A DNA stretch of 64,000 bases from an uncultured Candidatus Saccharibacteria bacterium (GTDB taxonomy: Bacteria > Patescibacteriota > Minisyncoccia > Phycocordibacterales > UBA5272). The translations under genes and the position numbers were made by a program. The notes beneath the pieces were generated by a model, which was not told the origin of the DNA, ran no database searches, and saw only the letters and a list, made by a program, of their open reading frames with translations. The stretch is from contig CAZJDZ010000002.1 of NCBI GenBank assembly GCA_964544935.1, positions 30,668 to 94,667 of the forward strand. Direction: 5' to 3'. Shown here piece by piece: positions 33,987-44,486 of this stretch (position 1 is its first letter; each line of letters starts with the position of its first letter).

Positions 33987-36839
33987 ATGAAGTTATACGA
34001 CCATAAAACTAATGATGCAAAATGGCAAAAGAAATGGGAGGAAGCAAAACTCTATGAGACCCCAAAGCTTCCTACTCACAAAAAAGCGTACATTCTCGAT
34101 ATGTTCCCATACCCGTCTGGTGAAGGGCTCCATGTTGGTCATCCTAAAGGTTACATTGCAACAGATATCTATTCACGTTTTAAGCGTATGAATGGCTACG
34201 ATGTACTTCACCCGATGGGGTGGGATGCATTTGGTCTTCCTGCGGAACAATTTGCGATTAAGAACAAGATTCACCCTCGCATAGCGGTAGAGAAGAATGT
34301 TACCAACTTCAAGCAGCAGCTTTCACATCTTGGTCTTGATTATGATTGGTCACGAGAAATTAACACAACCGATCCTGAGTTCTATAAATGGACACAATGG
34401 ATTTTTACGAAGCTTTATGAGAAAGGTTTAGCATATGAAAGTCATGAGCCTATCAACTGGTGTCCATCGTGTAAGACAGGTCTTGCTAATGAAGACTTGG
34501 ACGGGGACAAATGTGAACGTTGCGACAGCATTGTAGAAAAGAAACCACTTCGTCAGTGGGTGCTTAAGATTACAGACTATGCAGACAGAATGCTTGCCGA
34601 TCTCGACACATTGCAGTGGCCAGAAGGTGTGAAGACTGCACAGAAGAACTGGATTGGAAGAAGTGAGGGGGCAGAATTTGATTTTGAACTTGCTGATATG
34701 AATGGAAAGACTGTACGAGTTTTTACAACACGGCTAGACACACTCTTTGGTGCCACCTTTGTTGCAATTTCAGCTGAGCTTGCTTCAACATGGTTTGATG
34801 AAGGAAAGATAGTTGGGTCTGACATCAAGGACTTCATTATAAAGACACTTGAAGATAAGAAAAAAGAAAATGACTACTCAGTTGTTCCTGAGAAAGAGGG
34901 TGTCTTCACGGGAGTGTACGCTGTCAACCCAGCTACTCAAGAAAAGATTCCAGTATGGATTGCTAACTATGTTTTAGGTACTGTAGGGACCGGGGCAATT
35001 ATGGCAGTACCTGCACACGATGACCGCGATTATGATTTTGCAAAGAAGTACGGGATTGAAATTAAACAAGTCATCACCCCAAAAAGATATGATGTAAAGA
35101 ACCCTTTTGTCGAAGGTTGGCCAGTAGTTGAAAGAAAAATGGTTCAGGTTCTTCTTCGAAACCAGAAAGATGATACCTATTTATTTTTGAAGTGGAAAAA
35201 TCAACCATGGGTAACTTTTGTGGGAGGAGGGATAGACGAAGGTGAAGATGTTCATGGTGCTGCATTACGCGAATTACTGGAAGAAGCGGGTATTTCTAAT
35301 GTAACATTTGTTAAAAAACTTTCAGTTGTAAGAAGTGAATATAGTGCAAACCATAAACAGCAAAACAGGGTTTCTTATTGCGAAGCACTTGTTTTTGATA
35401 CAAATGATAGCACTATTTTTGATAAGGTATCAGGGGATGAACAGGCACAGTATGAAGTTTTCTGGGGGAAGATTACTGCCTTGCCAAAAGAATTTGTTTG
35501 TAGTGAGTGGGATGTGTGGCAATCAGAAGTACTTAATAATTTTCCAAAAGGTCTTCTTGAAGGAGGTGTCATCATTAATTCTGATGGTTACACAGGTCTT
35601 GCAAATGAAGAAGCGAAGAAAAAAATCACCGATGACTTTGGTGGTAAAAAAGTTGTAACCTACAAGATACAGGACTGGGTCTTTGCACGCCAGCGCTATT
35701 GGGGTGAGCCGTTTCCAGTTGTCCGTGATAAGGATGGAAAGGTCTACATGGTGGATGAAAGCGAACTCCCTGTACTTCTTCCGGAAGTTGAGAGTTATGA
35801 GCCAACAGGGACCGGTGAGTCGCCACTTGCAGCAATAACTGACTGGGTGAATGTAAGAGGGGGGATCACTGACAAAGGGACATTCAGACAATCAGACAGT
35901 GGAACCATGTTCACAAGAGAAACAAATACTATGCCACAGTGGGCTGGTTCATCATGGTACTATCTCAGATTCCTTGATCCACATAATAGCCAAGCACTTG
36001 TTGATCCAGCAATTGAAAAAGCATGGGCGCCAGTTGATGTATATGTAGGTGGAGATCATGCAACAAGACACCTCATTTACGCACGATTCTGGCATAAGTT
36101 TCTATATGATATTGGAGTGGTGAGTACTATTGAGCCATTTTCTAGACTTGAGTTCCTTGGATTTATCCTTGCAGAAGATGGTCGTAAGATGAGTAAGCGT
36201 TGGGGGAATATTATCAATCCAGATGATGTAGTTGCTGAATATGGTGCAGATACGCTCCGAGTCTACGAGATGTTCATGGCACCGTTTGAACAAACAGCTG
36301 CATGGAGTACTTCAAGTATCAAGGGTGCAGACAAGTTTCTTGACCGTGTCTACGCTTTGAGAGCTAAATATACAGAGACAAGTACAGTAGAAAATATTCT
36401 TCATAAAACTATCAAAAAAGTTACAGAAGATATAGAGAACTTTAAGTTCAATACCGCAGTTTCAGCAATGATGATACTTGTGAATGAGATGGAAGCGGGG
36501 TCTTTTACTAAAGATGATTACGAAAAACTACTCCAGATTCTTGCACCATTTGCTCCCCATCTCACAGAAGAATGTTTCTCTGAACTCGGAAGTATTTCAT
36601 CAGTTCACTCATCTTCTTGGCCAGAATTTGATGAAAGTAAGCTTGTAGAAACAACAGTTACAATAGCTATTCAGATAGCAGGAAAGATGCGCGGAACTAT
36701 AGAAATCCCAAAAAATGCAGAAGATCCTGTCGTTTTAGATATGGTCAAAAAACATGAGAGTTATCAAAAATACGTTGTAAATACAGAGCCTAAAAAGATA
36801 ATCATTGTCAAAAATAAGATAATCAATATCGTAATTTGA
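33987..36839 (+). CDS. leuS: Leucyl-tRNA synthetase carrying an embedded Nudix hydrolase domain downstream of the CP1 editing domain
   Basis: HVGHP (HIGH) motif, KMSKR, a zinc knuckle CPSCK...CERC and the editing domain (TTRLDT ... AVPAHDDRDYDFA). Between the editing domain and YKIQDWVFARQRYWGEP there is a ~140-aa insert containing a perfect Nudix box GGIDEGEDVHGAALRELLEEAGI. Confidence 0.92.
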   Translation: MKLYDHKTNDAKWQKKWEEAKLYETPKLPTHKKAYILDMFPYPSGEGLHVGHPKGYIATDIYSRFKRMNGYDVLHPMGWDAFGLPAEQFAIKNKIHPRIAVEKNVTNFKQQLSHLGLDYDWSREINTTDPEFYKWTQWIFTKLYEKGLAYESHEPINWCPSCKTGLANEDLDGDKCERCDSIVEKKPLRQWVLKITDYADRMLADLDTLQWPEGVKTAQKNWIGRSEGAEFDFELADMNGKTVRVFTTRLDTLFGATFVAISAELASTWFDEGKIVGSDIKDFIIKTLEDKKKENDYSVVPEKEGVFTGVYAVNPATQEKIPVWIANYVLGTVGTGAIMAVPAHDDRDYDFAKKYGIEIKQVITPKRYDVKNPFVEGWPVVERKMVQVLLRNQKDDTYLFLKWKNQPWVTFVGGGIDEGEDVHGAALRELLEEAGISNVTFVKKLSVVRSEYSANHKQQNRVSYCEALVFDTNDSTIFDKVSGDEQAQYEVFWGKITALPKEFVCSEWDVWQSEVLNNFPKGLLEGGVIINSDGYTGLANEEAKKKITDDFGGKKVVTYKIQDWVFARQRYWGEPFPVVRDKDGKVYMVDESELPVLLPEVESYEPTGTGESPLAAITDWVNVRGGITDKGTFRQSDSGTMFTRETNTMPQWAGSSWYYLRFLDPHNSQALVDPAIEKAWAPVDVYVGGDHATRHLIYARFWHKFLYDIGVVSTIEPFSRLEFLGFILAEDGRKMSKRWGNIINPDDVVAEYGADTLRVYEMFMAPFEQTAAWSTSSIKGADKFLDRVYALRAKYTETSTVENILHKTIKKVTEDIENFKFNTAVSAMMILVNEMEAGSFTKDDYEKLLQILAPFAPHLTEECFSELGSISSVHSSSWPEFDESKLVETTVTIAIQIAGKMRGTIEIPKNAEDPVVLDMVKKHESYQKYVVNTEPKKIIIVKNKIINIVI

Positions 36840-36888
36840 CGTTTTTGGCAAGTTCTGGTAGAATATAAAGAAAATTAACAACAACAAC

Positions 36889-37917
36889 ATGTCAGGTATC
36901 ACATTTAAACCAAAAGCAGTTTCAAAAAAGCTTCTCACAGCTTTGAACCCAAGAACCCGAGAAATCGTGGTTAATCGTTATGGTCTTGAAAAAGAGACTC
37001 GTATGACCCTTGAAGCAATCGGTAAGACGTACGATATCACTCGTGAACGTGTTCGTCAGATAGAAAATTTTGCCCTTGCTTCTATTAAGAAGTCAAAAGA
37101 ATATAAAGAGCACATTTTTGTATTTGAAGAGCTAAAGAAAATTGTTGCTGAACTCGGTTCTGTTGTTTCCGAGGATCACCTCATGCGTCATATCTCTAAA
37201 GATCCAGTGATTCAAAATCATATTAACCTATACCTTGCTTTAGGAGAAGATTTTAAAAAGCATAAGGAAGATGATCATTTCCATGCACACTTCACAACTG
37301 ATGATAAGACAGCAAATCATGTTCGTGATGCCCTCCATAAGTTGTATGCTTCTATCAATGAAGAAGACCTTGTAAGCGAAGAAGAAATTTTCAACCGTTT
37401 TATGGGTCATCTTACAGAGCTTATCGGTGAATACAAAGAAAATAAAGATATTATCTACCGTTACCTTGCACTTTCAAAAGTTATTGGTAAGAATCAGCTT
37501 AGTGAATGGGGAAGAACTTCATCTCCACACGTAAAGGCTCGTGGTATTAAGGATTATGCATACCTTATTATGCGTCGCGCTAATCGTCCAATGCACTTCA
37601 AAGAAGTGGCTATGGAAATCAATAAGACATTTGGCAAGAAAGCTCATGTAGCAACATGTCATAATGAACTTATTAAGGATTCTCGTTTCGTTCTTGTTGG
37701 TCGTGGTATGTATGGTCTTAAGGACTGGGGTCACACAGGAGGGGTTGTGCGTGATGTAATTTCTGAGGTTCTCAAGGAAGCAAGTCAGCCACTCTCAAAA
37801 GAAGAAATAATCAAGCGTGTACTTGCAAAGAGAATCGTTAAACCAAACACAGTTCTCGTTAACCTTCAAAATACAAAACATTTTCGTAAGGTTGCCGGAG
37901 AATATACGCTTGCGTAA
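36889..37917 (+). CDS. DNA-binding protein with an N-terminal sigma-70 region-4-like HTH and a C-terminal HARE-HTH (RNAP delta-like) domain
   Basis: N-terminal LEAIGKTYDITRERVRQIENFAL resembles sigma region 4.2. C-terminal RPMHFKEVAMEINKTFG...RFVLVGRGMYGLKDWG resembles HARE-HTH. The HARE-HTH call is from memory. Confidence 0.5.
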   Translation: MSGITFKPKAVSKKLLTALNPRTREIVVNRYGLEKETRMTLEAIGKTYDITRERVRQIENFALASIKKSKEYKEHIFVFEELKKIVAELGSVVSEDHLMRHISKDPVIQNHINLYLALGEDFKKHKEDDHFHAHFTTDDKTANHVRDALHKLYASINEEDLVSEEEIFNRFMGHLTELIGEYKENKDIIYRYLALSKVIGKNQLSEWGRTSSPHVKARGIKDYAYLIMRRANRPMHFKEVAMEINKTFGKKAHVATCHNELIKDSRFVLVGRGMYGLKDWGHTGGVVRDVISEVLKEASQPLSKEEIIKRVLAKRIVKPNTVLVNLQNTKHFRKVAGEYTLA

Positions 37918-37940
37918 AAAGACTTTTAAGAATATAGGAC

Positions 37941-37980
37941 AGAAGAAAAGATACCTCAAGAGGTATCTTTTCTTCTTCTT
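37941..37980. terminator. Bidirectional terminator (gaaaagatacctc-aag-aggtatcttttc)
   Basis: 13-bp stem plus T-tract. Confidence 0.6.
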
Positions 37981-38029
37981 GTACATCTTTAAGTCTTCTT
38001 AGAAGTATCTCTTGTGGTATACTTTTCTC

Positions 38030-39598
38030 ATGCAATTTCTTATCGACATAGGACTTTCCATTGTCTACTTCTGTGTATTTTTACTCTTTTGTGCATGGAC
38101 ATATCGTTTTTGGATGATGTATGTTAATCAAAAAGCATTAAATTCTATAGATTGGATCATGCTTGAAATTAAGCTTCCTCGAGAAATTAACAAATCTCCA
38201 CTTGCAACAGAGGTTGCTTTAGCTTCTTTTATTCTTAACTCTGGAGTGAGCACTAAATACGACAGAGTATTTAAAGGTAATCTCCCCGTTTTTTCTTCAC
38301 TGGAAATTGCATCCATTGAAGGGGTAATACATTTTTATATTCGTATCCAGAAACGTTTTAAAGATCTTATAGAGAGTAATTTTTATGCACAATATCCTGA
38401 AATAGAAATAGTGGAAGCTGATGACTATACTAAGCTTATTAGGTATCATCATTTATCTAAAGATGTTTCTATGTGGGGAAATCTTTTTAGAACATCAAAG
38501 TCATGGAATCCGACCAATCCTAAAACAGGTACCGCATTTCCAAAAGAAGGGAAAGCAAATGTTCCTCTAAATGAAGGAATGGAAGCATATTCTATGAAAG
38601 CAGATTTTTACCCTATAAAAACGTATGTTGATTTTGGGCTAGATAAGGATCCTAAGGAAGAGTTTAAGATTGATCCACTTAATCAACTTATTGAGACACT
38701 TGGAAGTATAGGCAGGGGTGAACATATGTGGTATCAGATTATTATTCAAGATGAAAGTGTTTATAGTGGTAAAAAAATGGATAAGTTCTACATAAATGAA
38801 AGAACACATGATCATCTGTCACTTAAAGATATGGCGGATGCTCGTAAAAAGCAGATTCGTACTGCTGGACATGTTTTGCACGGCGATCAAGTGTTTGATG
38901 AGTATGGATATATAAAAACAAGAAAAGTTGAAGACGGTGAAGATGAAAATGGTAAACCAAAGTTTAAAGAAATTCCTTTGACATACAATTTAATAAAAGA
39001 CCCAGCAAAAGATTCAGGTGTAAAAGTTGTTGGTAAAAAAGAAATGGATCTTACTCCAGAAGAAAAAGATGAAATTGAAATTATTAACAAAAAACTTTCT
39101 AAAGCACTTATGGTATGCGTTGTGCGTCTTATCTATATTGCAAAAAAAGAAAATTTTAAAGGTGGACAAATTGCAAATACGTTAGCATTTCCGAGAACTT
39201 TTAAAGGTGTTAACTCATTTGGAATGAATACTTCAGATCCGTACGATTATCCTTGGGAAAAATTTGGAGGTAAGCGCGTAGCGTGGCGCACAGAAGAAAT
39301 GTTTGAAGAATATGTAGAACGAGAAGGTTTTTACCCTCACATTAAACAAAGGGATGGTCTTGATAAATGGGAAGATAGAATATTTTGGTCATCAAGCATG
39401 AAGCAGCGTAAGTTGTTCCGAATGATATTTGAGGCAATATTTTATCCTTTTGACCATCCTCATGCTGATAATGCATTTACCCTTAATTTAGAAGAACTTG
39501 CAACTCTTTGGCATCTTCCTGGAGCAACTGCGGCAACTCCTACACTTCCACGTATTGATAGTAATAAAGGTATGCCACCAACTAATCTTCCTATTTAA
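38030..39598 (+). CDS. Hypothetical membrane-anchored protein of ~522 aa
   Basis: Two N-terminal TM helices. The ORF track uses a TTG at 38012; the first ATG is at 38030. No family recognised. Confidence 0.5.
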   Translation: MQFLIDIGLSIVYFCVFLLFCAWTYRFWMMYVNQKALNSIDWIMLEIKLPREINKSPLATEVALASFILNSGVSTKYDRVFKGNLPVFSSLEIASIEGVIHFYIRIQKRFKDLIESNFYAQYPEIEIVEADDYTKLIRYHHLSKDVSMWGNLFRTSKSWNPTNPKTGTAFPKEGKANVPLNEGMEAYSMKADFYPIKTYVDFGLDKDPKEEFKIDPLNQLIETLGSIGRGEHMWYQIIIQDESVYSGKKMDKFYINERTHDHLSLKDMADARKKQIRTAGHVLHGDQVFDEYGYIKTRKVEDGEDENGKPKFKEIPLTYNLIKDPAKDSGVKVVGKKEMDLTPEEKDEIEIINKKLSKALMVCVVRLIYIAKKENFKGGQIANTLAFPRTFKGVNSFGMNTSDPYDYPWEKFGGKRVAWRTEEMFEEYVEREGFYPHIKQRDGLDKWEDRIFWSSSMKQRKLFRMIFEAIFYPFDHPHADNAFTLNLEELATLWHLPGATAATPTLPRIDSNKGMPPTNLPI

Positions 39599-39612
39599 CC
39601 TCAAGTAATTAT

Positions 39613-40518
39613 ATGCATGAAAAAAGAAATTACAGCCTAGCCTCAGTACTTACAGTATGTACACTTCTTGGGTGTTTGTATCTTTCATCCCAAATGTTTT
39701 CTACTTCAAAGATATTCCCAGTTAACAAAAATTTTACAATTAATGAAAGTGAATCTCTAAAAAGTGTTAGTGAAAGACTTCAGACCGAAGGGTATATTAC
39801 ATCTGCTCTTCTTTTTAGAGTAGGGGTTTCTTTTTTAGGTAAAGATAGAGCATTACAGACTGGTGGATATGTATCCGATAAACCACTTACGTTATTTGGT
39901 GTTATTGATTTGTTTGTAAGTGGTCACCCAACTTCACCGCTTCTTTCTGTGACAATTCCTGAAGGTTCTACTTCTTTTGAAGTTGCATCAATACTAGCAA
40001 AGGCTATTCCAACTATTTCTATCGAAGGATTTATTAAGCGAATCACAACAAACAAATTAGAGGGTAAACTTTTCCCATCCACCTACTTCTTGCTACCTTC
40101 TTATAAGGAAGACGACATTATTAAACTCATGCTAACAGCTTTTGCAAAAAAAGTTGCTCCACAAATTACAGAAGATACAATAGATTTGCCCCTTAAAAAT
40201 GAAAATGATGTTCTTGTCCTTGCTTCAATTCTTGAAGGAGAAGCAAAAACTCAAGAGGATATGAAAATTATTGCAGGAATTTTACTTGCCCGTTTACAAA
40301 AAGGGATGCCATTACAAGTAGATGTTGCAAAAGAGACTTACAAACAAAAAGGGTTACCGCTTGTGCCAATCAACAATCCAGGGATTATAGCAATTGATGC
40401 AGTTCTCCACCCAGTAACTACAGAATATTTTTTTTATATAACAGGTAACGACGGCAAAATGTATTATGCAAAGACATTTGAGGAACATAAGAGGAACATA
40501 CAGAAATACTTGAGATAA
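39613..40518 (+). CDS. MltG/YceG-like endolytic transglycosylase
   Basis: N-terminal TM helix. LASILEGEAKTQEDMKIIAGILLARLQKGMPLQVD resembles the YceG catalytic region, and the C-terminus ends ...YFFYITGNDGKMYYAKTFEEHKRNI. Confidence 0.55.
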   Translation: MHEKRNYSLASVLTVCTLLGCLYLSSQMFSTSKIFPVNKNFTINESESLKSVSERLQTEGYITSALLFRVGVSFLGKDRALQTGGYVSDKPLTLFGVIDLFVSGHPTSPLLSVTIPEGSTSFEVASILAKAIPTISIEGFIKRITTNKLEGKLFPSTYFLLPSYKEDDIIKLMLTAFAKKVAPQITEDTIDLPLKNENDVLVLASILEGEAKTQEDMKIIAGILLARLQKGMPLQVDVAKETYKQKGLPLVPINNPGIIAIDAVLHPVTTEYFFYITGNDGKMYYAKTFEEHKRNIQKYLR

Positions 40519-40607
40519 AAAAGTTAGAGTTTAGACGATAGAAATTAGAAAAAAATTAAATCAAATGTTAAAATCTAAAGTCTAGACCTACTGTTGTTAC
40601 GTTATCT

Positions 40608-41201
40608 TTGCTGTCTACCCTCTATTACTTAATTTCTATTTCTGCCCCAATGAAACTTCACAACCTCGCATTTATCGATACTGAAACAACTGGAACAGAT
40701 CCTAATACGCATGAGATTATTGAACTTGCGGTGATTATTGCACGCCAAGTCCCTCGTGAAGGCAAGGGGCCAAAACTTGAGATCATTGAAGAATGCGAAT
40801 GGAAAATAAAACCACAGCATATAGAGCGTGCAGAAGAACAGGCGCTCCGTGTTAATGGATATAACGAAGTTGATTGGATGTTTGCTGTTGACAGAAAGAA
40901 GGCGATGGAAGAATTTGCAAAGAAAACACAGAGTTGTTCTTTTGTGTCGCATAACCTTGTGTTTGATTACGGGTTTGTTATGAAAGCATTTGAAGAGACT
41001 GGAATTGATAATCGTATGCACTATGCAAAGATAGATACTATCTCACTCGCCTTCGGTAGACTTTACGATGCTCCGCAAGCTGACAAGTTTTCACTCAGAT
41101 TTTTATGTGAACTTCTTAAAGTAGAAAATACAAAAGCCCATACTGCTCTTGCGGATACTCGTGCACTTGTTCAGGTATATAAGAAATTGATGAATGCGTA
41201 A
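40608..41201 (+). CDS. DEDDh 3'-5' exonuclease (DnaQ/epsilon-like)
   Basis: Exo I FIDTETTG, Exo II HNLVFDYGF, Exo III AHTALADTRAL. Confidence 0.75.
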   Translation: MLSTLYYLISISAPMKLHNLAFIDTETTGTDPNTHEIIELAVIIARQVPREGKGPKLEIIEECEWKIKPQHIERAEEQALRVNGYNEVDWMFAVDRKKAMEEFAKKTQSCSFVSHNLVFDYGFVMKAFEETGIDNRMHYAKIDTISLAFGRLYDAPQADKFSLRFLCELLKVENTKAHTALADTRALVQVYKKLMNA

Positions 41202-41274
41202 AAAGCTATAGACTATAAAATGAAAAACCACCTCAACAAGGTGCGGGGTGGCTTCCTTTATGAGATGGTGATTG

Positions 41275-41646
41275 TTATTTATTTTTTCCAGTGTCGTGCA
41301 TTGCACAGCAAATCATGTTGACGACATGAATAGGTGCGTTTGCTTTTAGAAATTCATGTGTGACAGGAATCAAAAGGGTCTTTTTTTCAGAAAGAGATAT
41401 TTCAGAATGACTACCCTCCTCCCAGTAAGGTCTCCAGTACTCGGCCTGGAGCGTGTTGTGTTTAATATCTTTACTGAGTATGTCATGAGGATCCATCGTA
41501 TCCTCAATTTTTATGACAAGGTATTTCCCAGTAATTTGGAGAATATATGCCGTTGTATGAAAAACTCCAACAAGGTTATCATCTTGCTGTGAAGATTCCA
41601 AAAGCATGTAGAGGCTATAAGGCTTATCTGTTTTTACATTTGACAT
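41275..41646 (-). CDS. Hypothetical protein, 123 aa
   Basis: Clean ORF divergent from uvrA. No family recognised. Confidence 0.45.
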   Translation of the reverse strand: MSNVKTDKPYSLYMLLESSQQDDNLVGVFHTTAYILQITGKYLVIKIEDTMDPHDILSKDIKHNTLQAEYWRPYWEEGSHSEISLSEKKTLLIPVTHEFLKANAPIHVVNMICCAMHDTGKNK

Positions 41647-41801
41647 GTTATATACCTCAGTGATTGAGTTGCTGATGTAAAGTGCTATTTTGCTAAACGA
41701 ACTCTACTATATTTGAACTAAGTTGTCAATTATGGTATAATGCCTTAATTAACAACAGTCCATATATTCCTTTTTGAATTGCGACTACTAGCTATAACTT
41801 T

Positions 41802-44414
41802 ATGAAAAAACCTGAGCATATCGAGAAAATCATTGTGAAAGGTGCACGTACACATAATCTCAAAAACATCACCGTTGAGATGCCTCGTCACAAGATGATC
41901 GTGTTCACTGGGCTCTCAGGATCAGGTAAGTCTTCGCTCGCATTTGATACTATCTTCGCAGAAGGGCAGCGTCGTTATGTTGAGTCACTCTCAGCGTATG
42001 CTCGTCAGTTTTTGACACAGCTACAGAAACCTGATGTAGATGAGATTGTTGGCCTTTCTCCTGCTATCTCTATTGACCAGAAGTCTGCTGGCCGTAACCC
42101 TCGTTCAACGGTTGCAACAATTACCGAGATCTATGACTACCTCCGTGTACTGTATGCGCGTGTAGGTAAACCATACTGTGTAGAGTGTGGTGCTAAGATT
42201 CAGAAGCTGACCAATGAAGAGATCATGCATTTTATCTTGGACAAAGTTCAGGGAGTTGATTACAAGAAAATAAAAACCGAGATGATGGGTGTTGAATTTT
42301 CTCATGCTGAAGTACATATTCTTTCACCACTTGTTCGTGGAAGAAAAGGAGAGTATTACCAGATGCTCTATGACATGCTTGGGAAAGGATATACAGAAGC
42401 TGTGATTGATGGTGAGCGTAAAAGTCTTCGTGAGCAAATAGTGCTTTCTAAGAACAAGAAGCATGAAATTTCAGTTGTAGTTGACTCAATAGCACTTGAT
42501 GAGCTTCGTCTCAAAGCATCACAAAAAGACGCGATGACACGCCTTTCTGAGGCTATTGAACGGGCGCTTCATGAGTCAAACGGTCTTTTAGAGGTTGAAA
42601 TTCTTGGTGAAAAAACAATCATGAGTAACAAGTTCTCTTGTGCATCGTGTGGATTTTCATTCCCAGAAATTGAACCTCGTTTATTCTCATTTAACTCTCC
42701 ATACGGGGCATGCCCTACTTGTAACGGTCTTGGCACAAAGTATTTTGGAGGATTAGATGAATGTGATGATTGTCATGGCAAACGTTTACGTCCTGAAGCA
42801 CTTCACGTATACCTTGATGATGTTCATAAAATAAATATTGTAGATATTGTTGCGCTTTCTATTACGGAAGCTGAAAAATATTTTACTGATATCCCGCTTT
42901 CCAAAAAAGAACAAGAAATTGCTTCTGTGGTAATCAAAGAGATTCAGTCTCGTCTTTCATTTATGTTAAATGTGGGGCTTAATTATCTTGCACTGAATCG
43001 TAAAGCAGATACACTCTCAGGAGGTGAAGCGCAGCGTATTAGACTCGCTAGTCAACTGGGAAGTCAGCTTGTGGGTGCGCTCTATGTACTAGATGAACCG
43101 ACAATTGGTCTTCATCAAAAAGATAATGATAGACTTATCAAGACACTTACACATCTTCGAGATATTGGAAATACAATTATCATCGTAGAACATGATGAGG
43201 ATACTATTTTTGCTTCTGATTATATTGTTGATATTGGACCAAAGGCTGGTATTCATGGAGGGGAAGTAGTTGTATCTGGGTATCTCGACGAACTGCTTAC
43301 TGCTCCAAAGAATAAATCAGGGAGTGTAACACTAGCGTACCTTCGTGGGGAAAAAGAAATTCCAGTACCTGCACGTCGCCAGACTGACAAAGGCACACTT
43401 CGAGTAACTGGTGGAAATATTTTCAATATTCAGAATTTAAGTGCAAATGTTCCGCTTGGAAGATTAAATGTAATCACGGGAGTTTCAGGATCTGGGAAGA
43501 GTTCTTTTATGTATGAGATTCTCTACAAGAACCTTCTTGCTCGTCTTGAACGGCGTCATAGAACAGTAAAGGTTTTTAACTGTGAGACGTTTTCTGGAAC
43601 AGAATATGTATCTCGTGTGGTGATGATTGATCAGTCAGCTATTGGTCGTACCCCACGATCAAACCCAGCAACATATACAGGAGCTTGGACACATATACGT
43701 GATCTTTTTGCGGAGAGTGAAGAAGCGCGTATTAGAGGATGGAAGGCATCACGTTTTTCTTTTAATGTAAAAGGTGGACGTTGTGAAGCATGCCAAGGTA
43801 ATGGTGAGATAGCAGTTGAAATGCACTTCCTCCCAACAGTGTATGTTGAGTGTGATGTTTGTCTTGGTAAGAGATTTATGAAAGAAACGCTTGAAGTAAA
43901 ATGGAAAGGAAAAAACATTTATGACATACTTCGCATGACAGTTGAGGAGGCACTCACGTTCTTTTATGAAATCCCTGCTATCTATGATCGTGTGAAGACT
44001 TTGAATGACGTAGGACTTTCATACCTTGAACTTGGACAGTCAGCAACAACCCTTTCAGGGGGAGAAGCACAGCGTGTAAAGATTTCTTCTGAGCTCTATC
44101 GTCCGCATGTTGAGAAGACTATTTATCTTCTTGATGAGCCATCAATCGGGCTTCACTATGAAGATATTGCTAAATTGATTGAGATATTAAATAAGCTCGT
44201 TGATAAAGGTAACACAGTTGTACTCATCGAGCACAATTTAGACATCGTGAAGTGTGCAGATCATATTATTGATATCGGACCAGAAGGTGGTATCGGTGGA
44301 GGCAAGGTTGTTGCGACAGGGACACCAGAGCAAGTAGCAGGGAATACAAATAGTTACACCGGTCAGTATCTTAAGAAGATTCTGAAGAGAAGTAAGGATA
44401 GAAATAAAGAATAA
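41802..44414 (+). CDS. uvrA: Excinuclease ABC subunit A
   Basis: Two ABC modules (GLSGSGKSSLAF and GVSGSGKSSF), zinc fingers, two LSGGEAQR signatures. 870 aa. Confidence 0.95.
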   Translation: MKKPEHIEKIIVKGARTHNLKNITVEMPRHKMIVFTGLSGSGKSSLAFDTIFAEGQRRYVESLSAYARQFLTQLQKPDVDEIVGLSPAISIDQKSAGRNPRSTVATITEIYDYLRVLYARVGKPYCVECGAKIQKLTNEEIMHFILDKVQGVDYKKIKTEMMGVEFSHAEVHILSPLVRGRKGEYYQMLYDMLGKGYTEAVIDGERKSLREQIVLSKNKKHEISVVVDSIALDELRLKASQKDAMTRLSEAIERALHESNGLLEVEILGEKTIMSNKFSCASCGFSFPEIEPRLFSFNSPYGACPTCNGLGTKYFGGLDECDDCHGKRLRPEALHVYLDDVHKINIVDIVALSITEAEKYFTDIPLSKKEQEIASVVIKEIQSRLSFMLNVGLNYLALNRKADTLSGGEAQRIRLASQLGSQLVGALYVLDEPTIGLHQKDNDRLIKTLTHLRDIGNTIIIVEHDEDTIFASDYIVDIGPKAGIHGGEVVVSGYLDELLTAPKNKSGSVTLAYLRGEKEIPVPARRQTDKGTLRVTGGNIFNIQNLSANVPLGRLNVITGVSGSGKSSFMYEILYKNLLARLERRHRTVKVFNCETFSGTEYVSRVVMIDQSAIGRTPRSNPATYTGAWTHIRDLFAESEEARIRGWKASRFSFNVKGGRCEACQGNGEIAVEMHFLPTVYVECDVCLGKRFMKETLEVKWKGKNIYDILRMTVEEALTFFYEIPAIYDRVKTLNDVGLSYLELGQSATTLSGGEAQRVKISSELYRPHVEKTIYLLDEPSIGLHYEDIAKLIEILNKLVDKGNTVVLIEHNLDIVKCADHIIDIGPEGGIGGGKVVATGTPEQVAGNTNSYTGQYLKKILKRSKDRNKE

Positions 44415-44430
44415 GTATTGATGGTTATTA

Positions 44431-44471
44431 AATACATAAGCGCGGCCTACGGCCGCGCTTATGTATTTTTA
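44431..44471 (+). terminator. Intrinsic terminator (aatacataagcgcggcc-tac-ggccgcgcttatgtatt followed by ttt)
   Basis: 17-bp stem plus T-tract. Confidence 0.75.
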
Positions 44472-44486
44472 AAACCTTATATATTA

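Noticed and set aside
38012-38029. TTG start for the 528-aa ORF and a TTG start at 45078 for uvrC
   Set aside because: These overlap terminator or AT-rich regions. The downstream ATGs (38030, 45114) are preferred. This is a judgement call rather than proof.
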